DNA of 64,000 nucleotides from an uncultured cyanobacterium (lineage in GTDB: Bacteria; Cyanobacteriota; Cyanobacteriia; Cyanobacteriales; Nostocaceae). Positions 52,845-63,198 of this stretch are shown piece after piece. The position numbers and the translations under genes are program-made. How positions within the stretch are numbered: position 1 is the stretch's first letter; each line of letters starts with the position of its first letter. The notes under the pieces were generated by a model, which saw only the letters and a list, made by a program, of their open reading frames with translations, did not search any database and was not told the origin of the DNA. The DNA is taken from contig OY970166.1 in the NCBI GenBank assembly GCA_963706595.1, positions 320,001 through 384,000 of the forward strand, written 5' to 3'.

Positions 52845-52933
52845 ATCAAACCTGGATTTGGGATTTTGGGTTGCATTGAAATATTTCCTCAGAAAATAAT
52901 TGCTGCTAAATTTACTCACCGAACCAAAACACC

Positions 52934-53389
52934 ATGCAGGACATAGGCCACATTTTAGATAACCGGGTGCTGTTGGTTGCTCTGGTAGCTTGTTTAATTG
53001 CTCAAGTATTGAAACTTGTAGTTGAGGTAGTCAAAAATCGGAAACTGAATGTCCGTGTTTTAGTGACAACTGGAGGTATGCCCAGCGCCCATTCAGCTTT
53101 GGTGACAGCTCTAGCAGCTGGTGTAGGACAAAGTCTTGGTTGGGCATCGCCTGAGTTTGCTTTGGCTACAGTTTTTGCCATCATCGTCATGTACGATGCC
53201 GCCGGAGTCCGTCAAGCTGCTGGTAAACAAGCGCGAATTCTCAATCAAATGATTGATGAATTATTCCATGAAAAACCAGACTTTAGCCAAGACCGTCTCA
53301 AGGAATTATTGGGACATACACCAGTGCAGGTGATAGCTGGTTCAGCTTTGGGTATAACCATCTATTGGTTAGCTCGGTCTGCGTACTAG
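52934..53389 (+). CDS. Divergent PAP2 (DUF212) family protein
   Basis: GGMPSAHS, YDAAGVR, LKELLGHTP. Confidence 0.9.
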   Translation: MQDIGHILDNRVLLVALVACLIAQVLKLVVEVVKNRKLNVRVLVTTGGMPSAHSALVTALAAGVGQSLGWASPEFALATVFAIIVMYDAAGVRQAAGKQARILNQMIDELFHEKPDFSQDRLKELLGHTPVQVIAGSALGITIYWLARSAY

Positions 53390-53483
53390 TACAGTTCAGC
53401 CTAAATAGCACAACCGTTTGAAACCAATGAAAAGTCTATAGAATCAGCTGTTTGACTTTTGACTTCCGCCCTGCGGTGCTAGT

Positions 53484-54140
53484 CTATAAACGCACAGATG
53501 ACCGCAGTAAAACTACCCTACTGCCATCTACTAGAACCGCAAAAAAACCGCGTTCGGTCAGCCTTTGTAGGGTTTTGTATGCTTCTTGTTGGTTGCCAGT
53601 ATAAACTGCCAATAAGTAAGGGCGTTGTCCGTAGGAAGCAAAACCTATGTTACCTCCTACTACTTGTTGGACACTATTGACCAACTCTGGTTTGTTAAAA
53701 TACTCTACCAATACAGCATAACCATCTCCTAGTACTTGGGGATTAAAGCTGATTGTCTGAGATGGATTTGGTGCTTGTGTGACATTACCTGCCGTTGGTC
53801 TTGTCGTGATGATGGCAGATAAACCGACAATATTATTGACATATCTCGCCCAACGATTAGCATCGTCAATGCTGTTAAATCCTCCTATCCGCGTCACTGT
53901 ATCAGTGAGATATTGGCAAGTTGTAGCTTGAATTTGGTTGGGTAAGGCACTACGTAGCTGTTTCTGACTATTGGCTGTGGGACTAACTACCAGCAAAAGA
54001 TATTCCCCAGGGCGGGGTTGTTGACAAACGGGAATATTTTGTTGGGCAGTGACATTGGTCATGCTACCTATCAAGCCTGCTGCTGTAAGTGCTAATGCAC
54101 TAGATAAAGTATCAAATTTCTGCACAGAATTGGGACGCAT
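53484..54140 (-). CDS. Secreted hypothetical protein
   Basis: Signal-like segment; CQQPRPGEYLLLV; GYAVLV. Confidence 0.7.
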   Translation of the reverse strand: MRPNSVQKFDTLSSALALTAAGLIGSMTNVTAQQNIPVCQQPRPGEYLLLVVSPTANSQKQLRSALPNQIQATTCQYLTDTVTRIGGFNSIDDANRWARYVNNIVGLSAIITTRPTAGNVTQAPNPSQTISFNPQVLGDGYAVLVEYFNKPELVNSVQQVVGGNIGFASYGQRPYLLAVYTGNQQEAYKTLQRLTERGFFAVLVDGSRVVLLRSSVRL

Positions 54141-54451
54141 AAATTGGATTTTTTCCAAAGATTTTAAAAATGCCTTTTTTGTTCCCCTACTTTCAGGACA
54201 GGTTAAAAACCTGCCCCAAATTGTCCTCGCTGGCGAAGTTGATGATTTCTGACTTCGTGTTGAGGGTTTGTAGTCAGCACTTTAGTGCTTAACACAAAGA
54301 AAGAAACGGTAAGCTGTTGAACATTCAAATTGCACAATTTGCAGGGGACAGATGCCCATCCCACAAGAGTTTTATTTAAAATGTTGTGCAAAATCAGGTT
54401 TTTCAGCCTATGAGAAGATCAGGACTAAAGTCCTGACTAGGAAGTAGTATA

Positions 54452-54781
54452 TTAAGAGACTGAGGTCAGAGATGCTAAAGGATCTGAGATTGTCTGGGAA
54501 GGAGCCTGAAATTCTCCTGTAATCACATACTCTAATCGCAGTTTAAGCCAGGTAATAAATTGGGAATTGGTGGAAATAATAGCGGCGGCTGGTTTAGGAC
54601 ACTGCGCTTTTACCTCTGACATCTCAGGTGATTCTAAAAAAGCTGGCTGCTTCACTAACCAAAAATCAATTTCTTTTTCTTGTTCATGGTAGTGACGAGT
54701 GCGTTCTTTGAGGATTTCTGCGGTTGGTTCTTCTTGTATCAGGAATTTTTGACTTGCCAAAGCGTAATAGTATGTTTTCAT
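54452..54781 (-). CDS. ycf54: Ycf54, MgPME cyclase accessory protein
   Basis: YYYALASQKFL.EEP..E.LKER, DFWLV..PAFL, WLKLRL. Confidence 0.92.
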   Translation of the reverse strand: MKTYYYALASQKFLIQEEPTAEILKERTRHYHEQEKEIDFWLVKQPAFLESPEMSEVKAQCPKPAAAIISTNSQFITWLKLRLEYVITGEFQAPSQTISDPLASLTSVS

Positions 54782-54862
54782 TTTTTTAACCTTTGTTTAC
54801 TATTCAATAATTTAAGGGTACAGAGCTACATCATGTACCCCTAAAAAATAATTAAACCAGAA

Positions 54863-55645
54863 TTACCTGATCAAAGCACTGAAAGGACAAGCACTGGTTT
54901 TTGCTTCGCCCGTGCTAGGTTTTTCTTGCCAATGCCATAATTGTGCGAAAAAACTCCAAAAATTTGGTTGTTTCTGCTTTTGTTCAGCAGTTTCTTGTTT
55001 TCCGCTTGCTGTCAGCTTCTCTAAGAACTTGGTGTTGTCATAGTAGTGTTCCAAGGAAAGGATTTTCAAGTCCTCGGTAACGTGGGCAACGCTCATGCCA
55101 ATCACTTCTATTGTCTCTCCTGTGGGGGCGTTGTTTTTGTATGCGCCCTTAAAATGTCCCCAATGCCGCCACTTAAAGGCTACGGTGGGAGGGGCTGAGA
55201 ACACTTCTAGAACTTCCCACAGAAATCCGTCAGGAAATGCTGTATGGAAGAGGCTTGTGGATGTTTCAAAGTTTTCTTCAGCAGCTTTGTAATGTTGGGT
55301 ATTGCCAATTAAGAGTTTGTAAGTCCCTGACTCGACTACATCTGATATTGTGTAGCTAGGACCTCCATTGGTACTCATGCGGAACTTTTCATTTACAACT
55401 GATATCCACTGCTGGGGGTTGGTTTTGAAGTTCGCTTCTACATCGAAGGTTCTCACCAAGTTCTGAACTATGGCTTCTAGTGAGTCTTGGGGATGATTAC
55501 GTGTACTTTCTTTGGCTAGGTTTTCGTTGGAACGGGTATAATCGGGAAATTTGCCATAGCGCCATTCGATATCGGTACTCTGTTCTAGTACTTTATCTCT
55601 GTGCTGTACCCAAAGGGGTAGGTTGTTAGACTCTGTTGAGGTCAT
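54863..55645 (-). CDS. SnoaL/NTF2-like protein (plant pathogen-related protein-like)
   Basis: WRYGKFPDY, LEAIVQNLV, F..AFPDGF.WEVLEV, FKWRHWG. Confidence 0.75.
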   Translation of the reverse strand: MTSTESNNLPLWVQHRDKVLEQSTDIEWRYGKFPDYTRSNENLAKESTRNHPQDSLEAIVQNLVRTFDVEANFKTNPQQWISVVNEKFRMSTNGGPSYTISDVVESGTYKLLIGNTQHYKAAEENFETSTSLFHTAFPDGFLWEVLEVFSAPPTVAFKWRHWGHFKGAYKNNAPTGETIEVIGMSVAHVTEDLKILSLEHYYDNTKFLEKLTASGKQETAEQKQKQPNFWSFFAQLWHWQEKPSTGEAKTSACPFSALIR

Positions 55646-55719
55646 AGCAGTTTTTACTGAAAGATTTAACTCCAAATTTCTGGATTTCGCAGTTACAACC
55701 CCTCTGTTTTGAAAGTCTT

Positions 55720-55778
55720 TAGACGCGATAAATCGCGTCTCTACAAGAGTTTTTAGACGCGATGAATCGCGTCTCTAC
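55720..55778 (-). repeat. Two GTAG-type REP palindromes (GTAGAGACGCGATTYATCGCGTCT)
   Basis: Direct pair; the second overlaps the pdxJ stop codon. Confidence 0.8.
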
Positions 55779-56491
55779 AAGTGTATGGCTTGTTTCATTT
55801 CGCGGACGGCTCTTTCTATGCCTACTAATGCGGCGCGACTGATTATGGTATGACCAATGTTCAGTTCTTCCATTCCTGGTAGTGCAGCTACGGGATAAAC
55901 GTTCCAGTAGGTGAGTCCATGACCTGCGTTGACGCGTAAGCCTGCTTTTATTGCTTGTTCACATCCTTGAGCTAATACGGCTAATTCTTGCTGGCGATGG
56001 GTTTCGTTTTTAGCCTCAGCGTACTGTCCGGTGTGCAGTTCAATAAATTGCGCTTTTACCTTGACAGATGCTTCAATTTGTGCTGGCTGTGCGTCGATAA
56101 ATAAACTAACGGGAATACCAACGCTCTGCAATTTATCTACTATCTCACCTATTCTAGCAATTTGTCCGACAATATCTAATCCGCCTTCTGTGGTGACTTC
56201 TTCGCGCTTTTCGGGGACTAAGGTCACATAATCTGGTTTAATATCGAGAGCGATCGCTAACATTTCGTCTGTAGCGGCCATTTCTAAATTGAGATGCGAT
56301 CGCACTGTCTGACGCAAGAGTTGCACATCTCTGTCTTGAATATGTCGCCGATCTTCCCGCAGATGCACTGTAATACCATCTGCACCCGCTAATTCTGCTA
56401 GTACCGCCGCCGCTACGGGGTCTGGTTCCACTGTCCGCCGCGCTTGGCGAATGGTGGCGATGTGGTCAATGTTAACGCCAAGTGTAGGCAC
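55775..56491 (-). CDS. pdxJ: Pyridoxine 5'-phosphate synthase
   Basis: [38 protein letters not shown]. Confidence 0.97.
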   Translation of the reverse strand: MPTLGVNIDHIATIRQARRTVEPDPVAAAVLAELAGADGITVHLREDRRHIQDRDVQLLRQTVRSHLNLEMAATDEMLAIALDIKPDYVTLVPEKREEVTTEGGLDIVGQIARIGEIVDKLQSVGIPVSLFIDAQPAQIEASVKVKAQFIELHTGQYAEAKNETHRQQELAVLAQGCEQAIKAGLRVNAGHGLTYWNVYPVAALPGMEELNIGHTIISRAALVGIERAVREMKQAIHL

Positions 56492-56617
56492 CCTTGTATC
56501 TCCCTATCTATAATCCCTAAGTTTTGATTTTAAAGGATTTTAGAGACTGCTTCAGCAAATTTGAATCGATGCAATTTATAGTGGTGCGATCGCCAATAGT
56601 AATTAAGTCACTTAACC

Positions 56618-57400
56618 TTAACTCGAAGCACTGGTATAAAAACGTAGGGCAAACCGCCAAAAACCACTGGAAACCCAGAACAGCACCACAGCTAAAACTC
56701 CAGCACCTATTGTCCAATTAATTTGACCCCGACCCAGCATCGCTTCTGCTGGTATAGTTGTTAAAAATGCCACTGGGACTACAAAAGTGAAGAAAAAACG
56801 GTAAGCCGTCGGATAGGCTACCATGGGATATCTGCCAGCTTCTAACAAACCCCGTAAAACTTCAGTGGCGTTGTATATTTTGACAAACCAAATGCTAGTT
56901 GCACCCAGCATAAACCACAAGCTATAAAGAATTACCAAGCCGAATAATAACGGCAATGCACTCATGAGGTAATTATTGATTGCCAAACCCAGGTTTGTAC
57001 CTGCATAGCCGATGATTATACTGCCAAAAACTAAATCTGGCAGTCCCCAAGGTGACAAGGTATGAGTGGAAAGCCAAAATTGACTGCGGATAGGTTTAAG
57101 TAAGACGAAATCTAATGTACCTTCTTGGACGTGGCGAACAATGCGATTTAAGTTGGGGGCGAGAAAGGTAGCTGCAAAGCCTTGTAACAATGTAAAAATT
57201 CCCAGAACCAACAAAGCGGCTGACCATGACCAGCCGGTAAAGGTGTAACCAGTACGGTAAAATAAGAATAATCCAAAAAGACTGCCTGCGAGATTACCCA
57301 CACTGCTGAGGGTAGCTATGAGAAAATTGAGGCGATACTCCATCTCAGCTGCGATCGCAGTACTCCAGAATAGCTTTAAGACTTGCCAATATCTTCTCAT
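56618..57400 (-). CDS. ABC-2 family permease (DUF990-like)
   Basis: EYRLNF, GTLDFVLLKP, GRYP, YTSASS. Confidence 0.88.
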   Translation of the reverse strand: MRRYWQVLKLFWSTAIAAEMEYRLNFLIATLSSVGNLAGSLFGLFLFYRTGYTFTGWSWSAALLVLGIFTLLQGFAATFLAPNLNRIVRHVQEGTLDFVLLKPIRSQFWLSTHTLSPWGLPDLVFGSIIIGYAGTNLGLAINNYLMSALPLLFGLVILYSLWFMLGATSIWFVKIYNATEVLRGLLEAGRYPMVAYPTAYRFFFTFVVPVAFLTTIPAEAMLGRGQINWTIGAGVLAVVLFWVSSGFWRFALRFYTSASS

Positions 57401-57518
57401 CTTGCACCCTGAACCCAATATATTGTCAGCATAGCTAATCACCGGCAATCTTGGCCATACGATCAACTATTCAACCTAAAATGAAAGTATCGTGCATAAA
57501 GTGAATTCCCAAGTTTAA

Positions 57519-57701
57519 ATGATCAAACTCGACCAGTTTTTAAAGTTTATGGGTGTAGCCTCAACTGGAGGACAAGCCAAACTGATAATTATTGATGGTG
57601 GCGTAAAAGTCAATGGTGAAGTTGAAACCCGACGCGGACGAAAATTAGTATTAGGTGACAAAGTAACAGTAGAAGGAAAAACTTTCGAGGTCGATCTATA
57701 A
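57519..57701 (+). CDS. S4-domain RNA-binding protein (YaaA/YbcJ-like)
   Basis: IKLDQFLK...TGGQAK..I.DG.VKVNGEVETRRGRKL. Confidence 0.92.
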   Translation: MIKLDQFLKFMGVASTGGQAKLIIIDGGVKVNGEVETRRGRKLVLGDKVTVEGKTFEVDL

Positions 57702-57976
57702 TCTAAAGCTTCCCTCCACAAATATATCCTTAACACCCTACCCGGCTTTTGGCTAGCGCCAAGCTTACCTTTTCCACTAACGGGTAGGGTTCGGAGTATG
57801 ATAATTAATGCACCGAATATGATCAGCGAAAAACATCTGGTTTGCAGCTTTAAATTACATTAAACTGTTATGGAAAGGGCAAAGATGCCCGCCTATATTA
57901 TGCCAATCAAATGGCGATTAGCTTATGAATTATTTAACATTTACTTTTAAATTGAAAATTAAAAACTATATTTGTT

Positions 57977-57992
57977 TGTAACTGATATTACA
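57977..57992. promoter_or_regulatory. NtcA-binding site upstream of the ARTO operon
   Basis: TGTA-ACTGATAT-TACA matches the GTA-N8-TAC consensus. Confidence 0.6.
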
Positions 57993-58474
57993 AAATCATA
58001 ATTTACGAATGTTCCATGTTGGACATTCAAAGCTTTTCATGTATGCAATATATGATAAATGCAAGCTAGTTTACATTATGAAAATATTTTTTTGAATTTT
58101 ATAAGCATTTTTAAAAGTTTATCTTAATTTTTTTGACAATTCGTAAAAAAATCTTTAAGCTAAAAGATAGGTTACACAAATCCAACAGAATATAGCAATT
58201 TTGTTAGATAAATTAAAAATTGCTGTTGTAGATGATCGACATGAACAAATGAATTGAACTAAATCATTGATGATAAATAGTAACTGCATCGTGTTGATCT
58301 ACAAGTAAAGACCTAGCAGTGCTATATCTTGACATTGACCGGATTTCGCCACATATATCTGATAGCCTGCGTGGCGTAGCCATACAAATTCCGGTCAAGT
58401 GCAAATAATTGTAGTGGTGTGAGGGCTGTCAATATTGACGATTGAGGTGCAATAGATATGTCCAGGAGAACACA

Positions 58475-58975
58475 ATGCTTGAGTATCTGACATCATTGAA
58501 TGACCATAATTTGCCGTATCCAGATACGATGCACCCCATCGTTGTCCACTTCGTAATTGCGATGGTATTGTTTGCATTCTTCTGCGATATACTAGGGTAT
58601 TTTACTGGTAGAACTCATCTTTATGAGGTGAGTTGGTGGAATATGTTTGTGGCGACAATCGCTATCTTCGTGGCGATTATTTTTGGTCAATTTGAAGCAG
58701 GTTTAGCACAACCTTACGACTTAGTTAAATCAGTGTTGAATGTACATACATTAGTGGGTTGGTCTCTGTCTGGAATTATCGCTTCAATTACAGCTTGGCG
58801 CTATGTGATTCGTAGCCGCAACCCTTACAAATTGTCGATTCATTATATGTTAGCTGGGTTGTTTTTAACCGTGATTGTGGGCGTGCAAGTATATCTCGGA
58901 GATCAACTGGTTTGGGTATATGGACTGCACACAGTACCAGTTGTTGAAGCAGTCAAGGAAGGTATCTTGCCATGA
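58475..58975 (+). CDS. DUF2231 membrane protein
   Basis: HPIVVHF, H..VGW, LGDQLVWVYG; AGGAG RBS. Confidence 0.85.
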   Translation: MLEYLTSLNDHNLPYPDTMHPIVVHFVIAMVLFAFFCDILGYFTGRTHLYEVSWWNMFVATIAIFVAIIFGQFEAGLAQPYDLVKSVLNVHTLVGWSLSGIIASITAWRYVIRSRNPYKLSIHYMLAGLFLTVIVGVQVYLGDQLVWVYGLHTVPVVEAVKEGILP

Positions 58976-59577
58976 ACTCTGAACTCATTGATCAATTAAG
59001 CGGACAATTGGGCGCAAATGGATTACCTTACTCCATTCCCATTCATCCCAACTTAGTCCATCTGACTTTGGGTTTGTTCATCATTGGAATTACCTTTGAT
59101 ATTGTCGGGATGCTGTTCCCCTCCCAAAAATGGATCTTCAAGTTTTTGGCGATTCCTGTAGAACGTGCCAACTTCTTTGATGTGGGTTGGTACAACATGA
59201 TAGGCGCGACTATCATTACTATTTTCACAGTAGCCGCAGGTTTTTATGAAATGCTGCTGGCCACCCCACCAGCCGACGTGAAAAGTGCCTGGGGAATGCA
59301 GGCAATGGAAACGATGCTTTGGCATGGTGTTGGTGGCGTATTCTTACTAGCGCTGATTTCTGGCATGACCATTTGGAGAGGATGGCAGCGCTTCGTTTGG
59401 AGTGAAGACGCAGACCAACAAGTGCAGTGGAGTTATCTCGCCACAGGTATCGCAGTGATGTTAATCCTGTACGTCCACGGCACACTAGGGGCGCAAATGG
59501 CGGCTGAGTTTGGCATCCATAATACAGCAGATAGCTTGTTGCGCTTGGGCGAAGACCTCAACACAATGCTGAAATAA
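58972..59577 (+). CDS. DUF2231 membrane protein
   Basis: HPNLVHL, WHGVGG, HGTLGAQMAAEFG; ATGA overlap with the previous gene. Confidence 0.85.
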   Translation: MNSELIDQLSGQLGANGLPYSIPIHPNLVHLTLGLFIIGITFDIVGMLFPSQKWIFKFLAIPVERANFFDVGWYNMIGATIITIFTVAAGFYEMLLATPPADVKSAWGMQAMETMLWHGVGGVFLLALISGMTIWRGWQRFVWSEDADQQVQWSYLATGIAVMLILYVHGTLGAQMAAEFGIHNTADSLLRLGEDLNTMLK

Positions 59578-59635
59578 CCAATGTTGGTCATTTTCGATGA
59601 ATGACTCATGACTAACAACTAAATGACGAACAATT

Positions 59636-60562
59636 ATGGAAGTGCGGAAGATTTTAAATATTTTCACCGTGTTTGTGGGTGCAATCATCGTGACTGTCAT
59701 CAGTCTCTGGATAGGACATCAGGCTTATACCTGGCTTCCACCCCAAGCAGCAGCAGAGTCAGTGCTAATTGATGATTTGATTAGCTTCTTAGTTACCCTG
59801 GGGGCGTTCATTTTCTTGGGCGTAACCAGCACTCTGATGTATTCCCTGATTTTCCATCGGGCGGAAAAAGGCGACCTCACAGATGGCCCCCACATTGAGG
59901 GTAATATCGCCTTAGAAGTTGTCTGGACAGCCATTCCGATTATGTTGGTGTTGTGGATTGCTAGCTATAGCTACCAAGTCTACGAACAAATGGGAATTCA
60001 AGGGCCGATGGAATTGGTACATTTGCATAATCCTGTGGGCATGGAATCGGCTTATGCAGCCCCAAAAGATGAACCAGTACCAGCCTTGGGCGAACCTGTA
60101 GAAAAAATTGACGTATTGGCTAAACAATGGGCGTGGGTGTTTCACTACCCTGAAAGAAACGTTACCAGTACCGAATTGCATTTACCAAGCGATCGCCGGG
60201 TACGTTTAGCACTAACATCAGAAGATGTGCTGCATGGCTTCTATATTCCTGCATTCCGCCTCAAGCAGGATATAATTCCCAACCACACCATAGACTTTGA
60301 ATTTACCCCCATCCGTGCGGGACAGTATCGGTTAACCGACTCCCAATATAGCGGTACATACTTTGCGACCATGCAAGCCAATGTAGTCGTGGAATCTCCC
60401 GAAGATTACCACCAATGGCTATCCCACGCTGCAACCCAACAACCCACAGCAGCACACAATCAAGCAGCCTCCGAGTATGCCCAAGCAGCTAGTCAGTCAG
60501 TCAAAACTGGTTGGACTACCGTAGCACCTGCGGCATCTCCTGTAGTCAATTATCCTGGTTAA
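59636..60562 (+). CDS. coxB: Alternative respiratory terminal oxidase (ARTO/Cox3-type) subunit II
   Basis: QWAWVF, DVLHGF; CuA CxExCGxxH motif replaced by DSQYSGTYF. Confidence 0.92.
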   Translation: MEVRKILNIFTVFVGAIIVTVISLWIGHQAYTWLPPQAAAESVLIDDLISFLVTLGAFIFLGVTSTLMYSLIFHRAEKGDLTDGPHIEGNIALEVVWTAIPIMLVLWIASYSYQVYEQMGIQGPMELVHLHNPVGMESAYAAPKDEPVPALGEPVEKIDVLAKQWAWVFHYPERNVTSTELHLPSDRRVRLALTSEDVLHGFYIPAFRLKQDIIPNHTIDFEFTPIRAGQYRLTDSQYSGTYFATMQANVVVESPEDYHQWLSHAATQQPTAAHNQAASEYAQAASQSVKTGWTTVAPAASPVVNYPG

Positions 60563-60576
60563 TAGGAAACTCACCG

Positions 60577-62238
60577 ATGACAAATATCCCTCTCGCAGGC
60601 ATCAGTCACCCTGGTGAGAAGCCAGGCGGCTGGAAAACATACTTCAGCTTTAGCACCGACCATAAGGTAATAGGTATACAGTACCTTGTCACCTCATTCA
60701 TCTTCTTTCTCGTCGGCGGTATCTTCGCAATGGTAATTCGGGGAGAACTAATTACACCCGAATCAGACTTAATTGACCGCACCGTATACAACGGAATGTT
60801 CACCATGCACGGCACTATCATGCTGTTTTTGTGGACATTTCCCTCCCTAGTCGGCTTTGCTAACTATCTAGTACCCCTAATGATTGGGGCGCGAGATATG
60901 GCATTTCCCCGACTTAACGCCGTTGCTTTTTGGATGGTGCCGGTAGTCGGAACACTGTTAATGGCCAGTTTCTTAGTTCCTGGTGGCCCCGCCCAAGCAG
61001 GTTGGTGGTCTTATCCCCCAGTTAGTCTGCAAAACCCCACAGGTAACTTAATTAATGGACAAGTGCTGTGGTTGCTAGCAGTAGCCATATCCGGCGTATC
61101 CTCAATTATGGGGGCAGTTAACTTTGTCACCACCATTGTGAAAATGCGCGCCCCAGGTATGGGCTTCTTTCGGATGCCTTTATTTGTCTGGGCAGTATTT
61201 AGCGCCCAAATTATCCAATTATTTGGACTACCTGCACTGACAGCCGGTGCAGTCATGCTGTTACTAGACCTCACAGCTGGCACAGCCTTTTTCAACCCCA
61301 GTCAAGGGGGTAATCCAGTCATGTTTCAGCATTACTTCTGGTTTTACTCCCACCCAGCCGTTTACGTGATTATTCTGCCCATCTTTGGTATTTTCTCAGA
61401 AATCTTCCCTGTCTACTCCCGTAAACCATTGTTTGGCTACAAAGTAGTTGCCATTTCCTCAATGTTAATTGCCGTAGTCAGTGGTATTGTCTGGGTACAC
61501 CACATGTATGTCAGTGGTACACCAGGCTGGATGCGGTTGATATTCATGCTAACCACCATGTTTGTTTCCGTACCCACAGGCATTAAAGTATTTGCTTGGG
61601 TAGCCACCATTTGGGGCGGAAAACTGCGGTTAGATACAGCCATGCTGTTTTCCCTCGGTGCTTTGGTGATGTTCGTCTTTGCAGGCATCACAGGCATTAT
61701 GCTGTCCTCCGTACCTGTAGACGTTCACGTAAACAATACATACTTTGTAGTCGGTCACTTTCACTACGTTCTCTTTGGCACAGTGACAATGGGCTTATAT
61801 TCTGCCATCTACCACTGGTTCCCCAAAATGACCGGCAGAATGTACTACGAAGGCTGGGGTAAACTACACTTTTGGTTAACATTTATTGGCACTAACCTCA
61901 ACTTTTTGCCCATGCACCCATTAGGGTTGCAAGGAATGTTACGCCGAGTTTCCTCCTACGCCCCAGAATACGAATTTTGGAACATTATCGCTAGCTTAGG
62001 CGCTTTCCTCTTAGGAATGTCTACCCTACCCTTCATTTTCAATATGGTAGTTTCCTGGATGCAAGGCGAAAAAGCCCCCGATAATCCTTGGCGCGCCATT
62101 GGACTAGAGTGGATGGTTTCTTCACCACCCCCAGTAGAAAACTTTGAACAAATTCCCATCATCATCTCTGAACCCTACGGCTACGGCAAAACAGAACCCT
62201 TAACAGCCAACAACCCCGCATTAAAAAACGCAGACTAA
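60577..62238 (+). CDS. coxA: ARTO subunit I
   Basis: STDHKVIG, WFYSHPAVY, WVHHM, HFHYV. Confidence 0.95.
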   Translation: MTNIPLAGISHPGEKPGGWKTYFSFSTDHKVIGIQYLVTSFIFFLVGGIFAMVIRGELITPESDLIDRTVYNGMFTMHGTIMLFLWTFPSLVGFANYLVPLMIGARDMAFPRLNAVAFWMVPVVGTLLMASFLVPGGPAQAGWWSYPPVSLQNPTGNLINGQVLWLLAVAISGVSSIMGAVNFVTTIVKMRAPGMGFFRMPLFVWAVFSAQIIQLFGLPALTAGAVMLLLDLTAGTAFFNPSQGGNPVMFQHYFWFYSHPAVYVIILPIFGIFSEIFPVYSRKPLFGYKVVAISSMLIAVVSGIVWVHHMYVSGTPGWMRLIFMLTTMFVSVPTGIKVFAWVATIWGGKLRLDTAMLFSLGALVMFVFAGITGIMLSSVPVDVHVNNTYFVVGHFHYVLFGTVTMGLYSAIYHWFPKMTGRMYYEGWGKLHFWLTFIGTNLNFLPMHPLGLQGMLRRVSSYAPEYEFWNIIASLGAFLLGMSTLPFIFNMVVSWMQGEKAPDNPWRAIGLEWMVSSPPPVENFEQIPIIISEPYGYGKTEPLTANNPALKNAD

Positions 62239-62306
62239 ACTCCCTCCGCGCACCTTTGCGCTTCCCTTCGCGTTCCTCTGCGTTTAAAAAAGGAGAATTC
62301 CCCTCA

Positions 62307-62918
62307 ATGGACAGTTCCATCAACCCAGACGAATTACAACTACCTCATCACACAGGGGTTGAACACGAACACGACGAAGAAGGCAACAAAATGTTTGGCT
62401 TCATCGTGTTCCTCCTCTCAGAAAGCGTCATCTTTCTCAGCTTCTTCGCCGGCTATATCGTCTACAAAACCACAAGTACCAATTGGCTACCAGCCGGAGT
62501 TTCCGGACTAGAAATCAGAGAACCTGCAATCAACACAGTCATACTGGTTTCCAGTAGCTTTGTAATTTATTTGGCAGAACGCGCCCTGCAAAACCACAAC
62601 TTAAAGGGTTTTCGCATATATCTTGCCGCCACAATGGCAATGGGTAGCTACTTTTTAGTAGGACAAGGAATTGAATGGAGTAACCTAGAATTTGGCTTTA
62701 CTTCCGGGGTATACGGTGGAATGTTTTACCTGCTAACTGGTTTTCACGGTTTGCACGTTTTCACCGGTATTCTGTTGCAGTCAATTATTTTTGTCCGTTC
62801 TTTTTTCCCTGGGAACTACGATTCCGGTCACTTTGGCGTAAATGCCACCTCGTTATTTTGGCACTTTGTCGATGTGATTTGGATTGTTTTGTTTATCCTA
62901 ATTTATCTTTGGCAATAA
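62307..62918 (+). CDS. coxC: ARTO subunit III
   Basis: TGFHGLHV, FWHFVDVIW; AGGAG upstream. Confidence 0.94.
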   Translation: MDSSINPDELQLPHHTGVEHEHDEEGNKMFGFIVFLLSESVIFLSFFAGYIVYKTTSTNWLPAGVSGLEIREPAINTVILVSSSFVIYLAERALQNHNLKGFRIYLAATMAMGSYFLVGQGIEWSNLEFGFTSGVYGGMFYLLTGFHGLHVFTGILLQSIIFVRSFFPGNYDSGHFGVNATSLFWHFVDVIWIVLFILIYLWQ

Positions 62919-62981
62919 ATTTTTGGGGATGCTTCGATGGTGTCCCCAATTCTTTAACTTAGATTAATCACTGATAATTAA

Positions 62982-63077
62982 AGTAGGTTGGGTAGAGGAA
63001 CGTTAACGTAGTTTGCCGAAGGCGTAACCCAACATTTTCACGAATTTGTTGGGTTTCACTTTGTTCAACCCAACCTA
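62982..63077. repeat. GTAG-type REP-like doublet, same family as 4596-4667
   Basis: GTAGGTTGGGT...ACCCAACCTAC. Confidence 0.8.
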
Positions 63078-63198
63078 CAAAAATATATTTTATGATCAGA
63101 AAATTAACCAGTAGTGGCGTGGCAAGCTTAAATTATTGACGGTGCGTTGCGCTGCGCGACAACACACCCTACACTCATTTGTCTTTACATGAGTATTA

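Noticed and set aside
58330..58400. ACCGGA and TCCGGT as heterocyst DIF1 (TCCGGA) promoter motifs
   Set aside because: Each is a one-mismatch hexamer and no TSS data are available, so support is too weak
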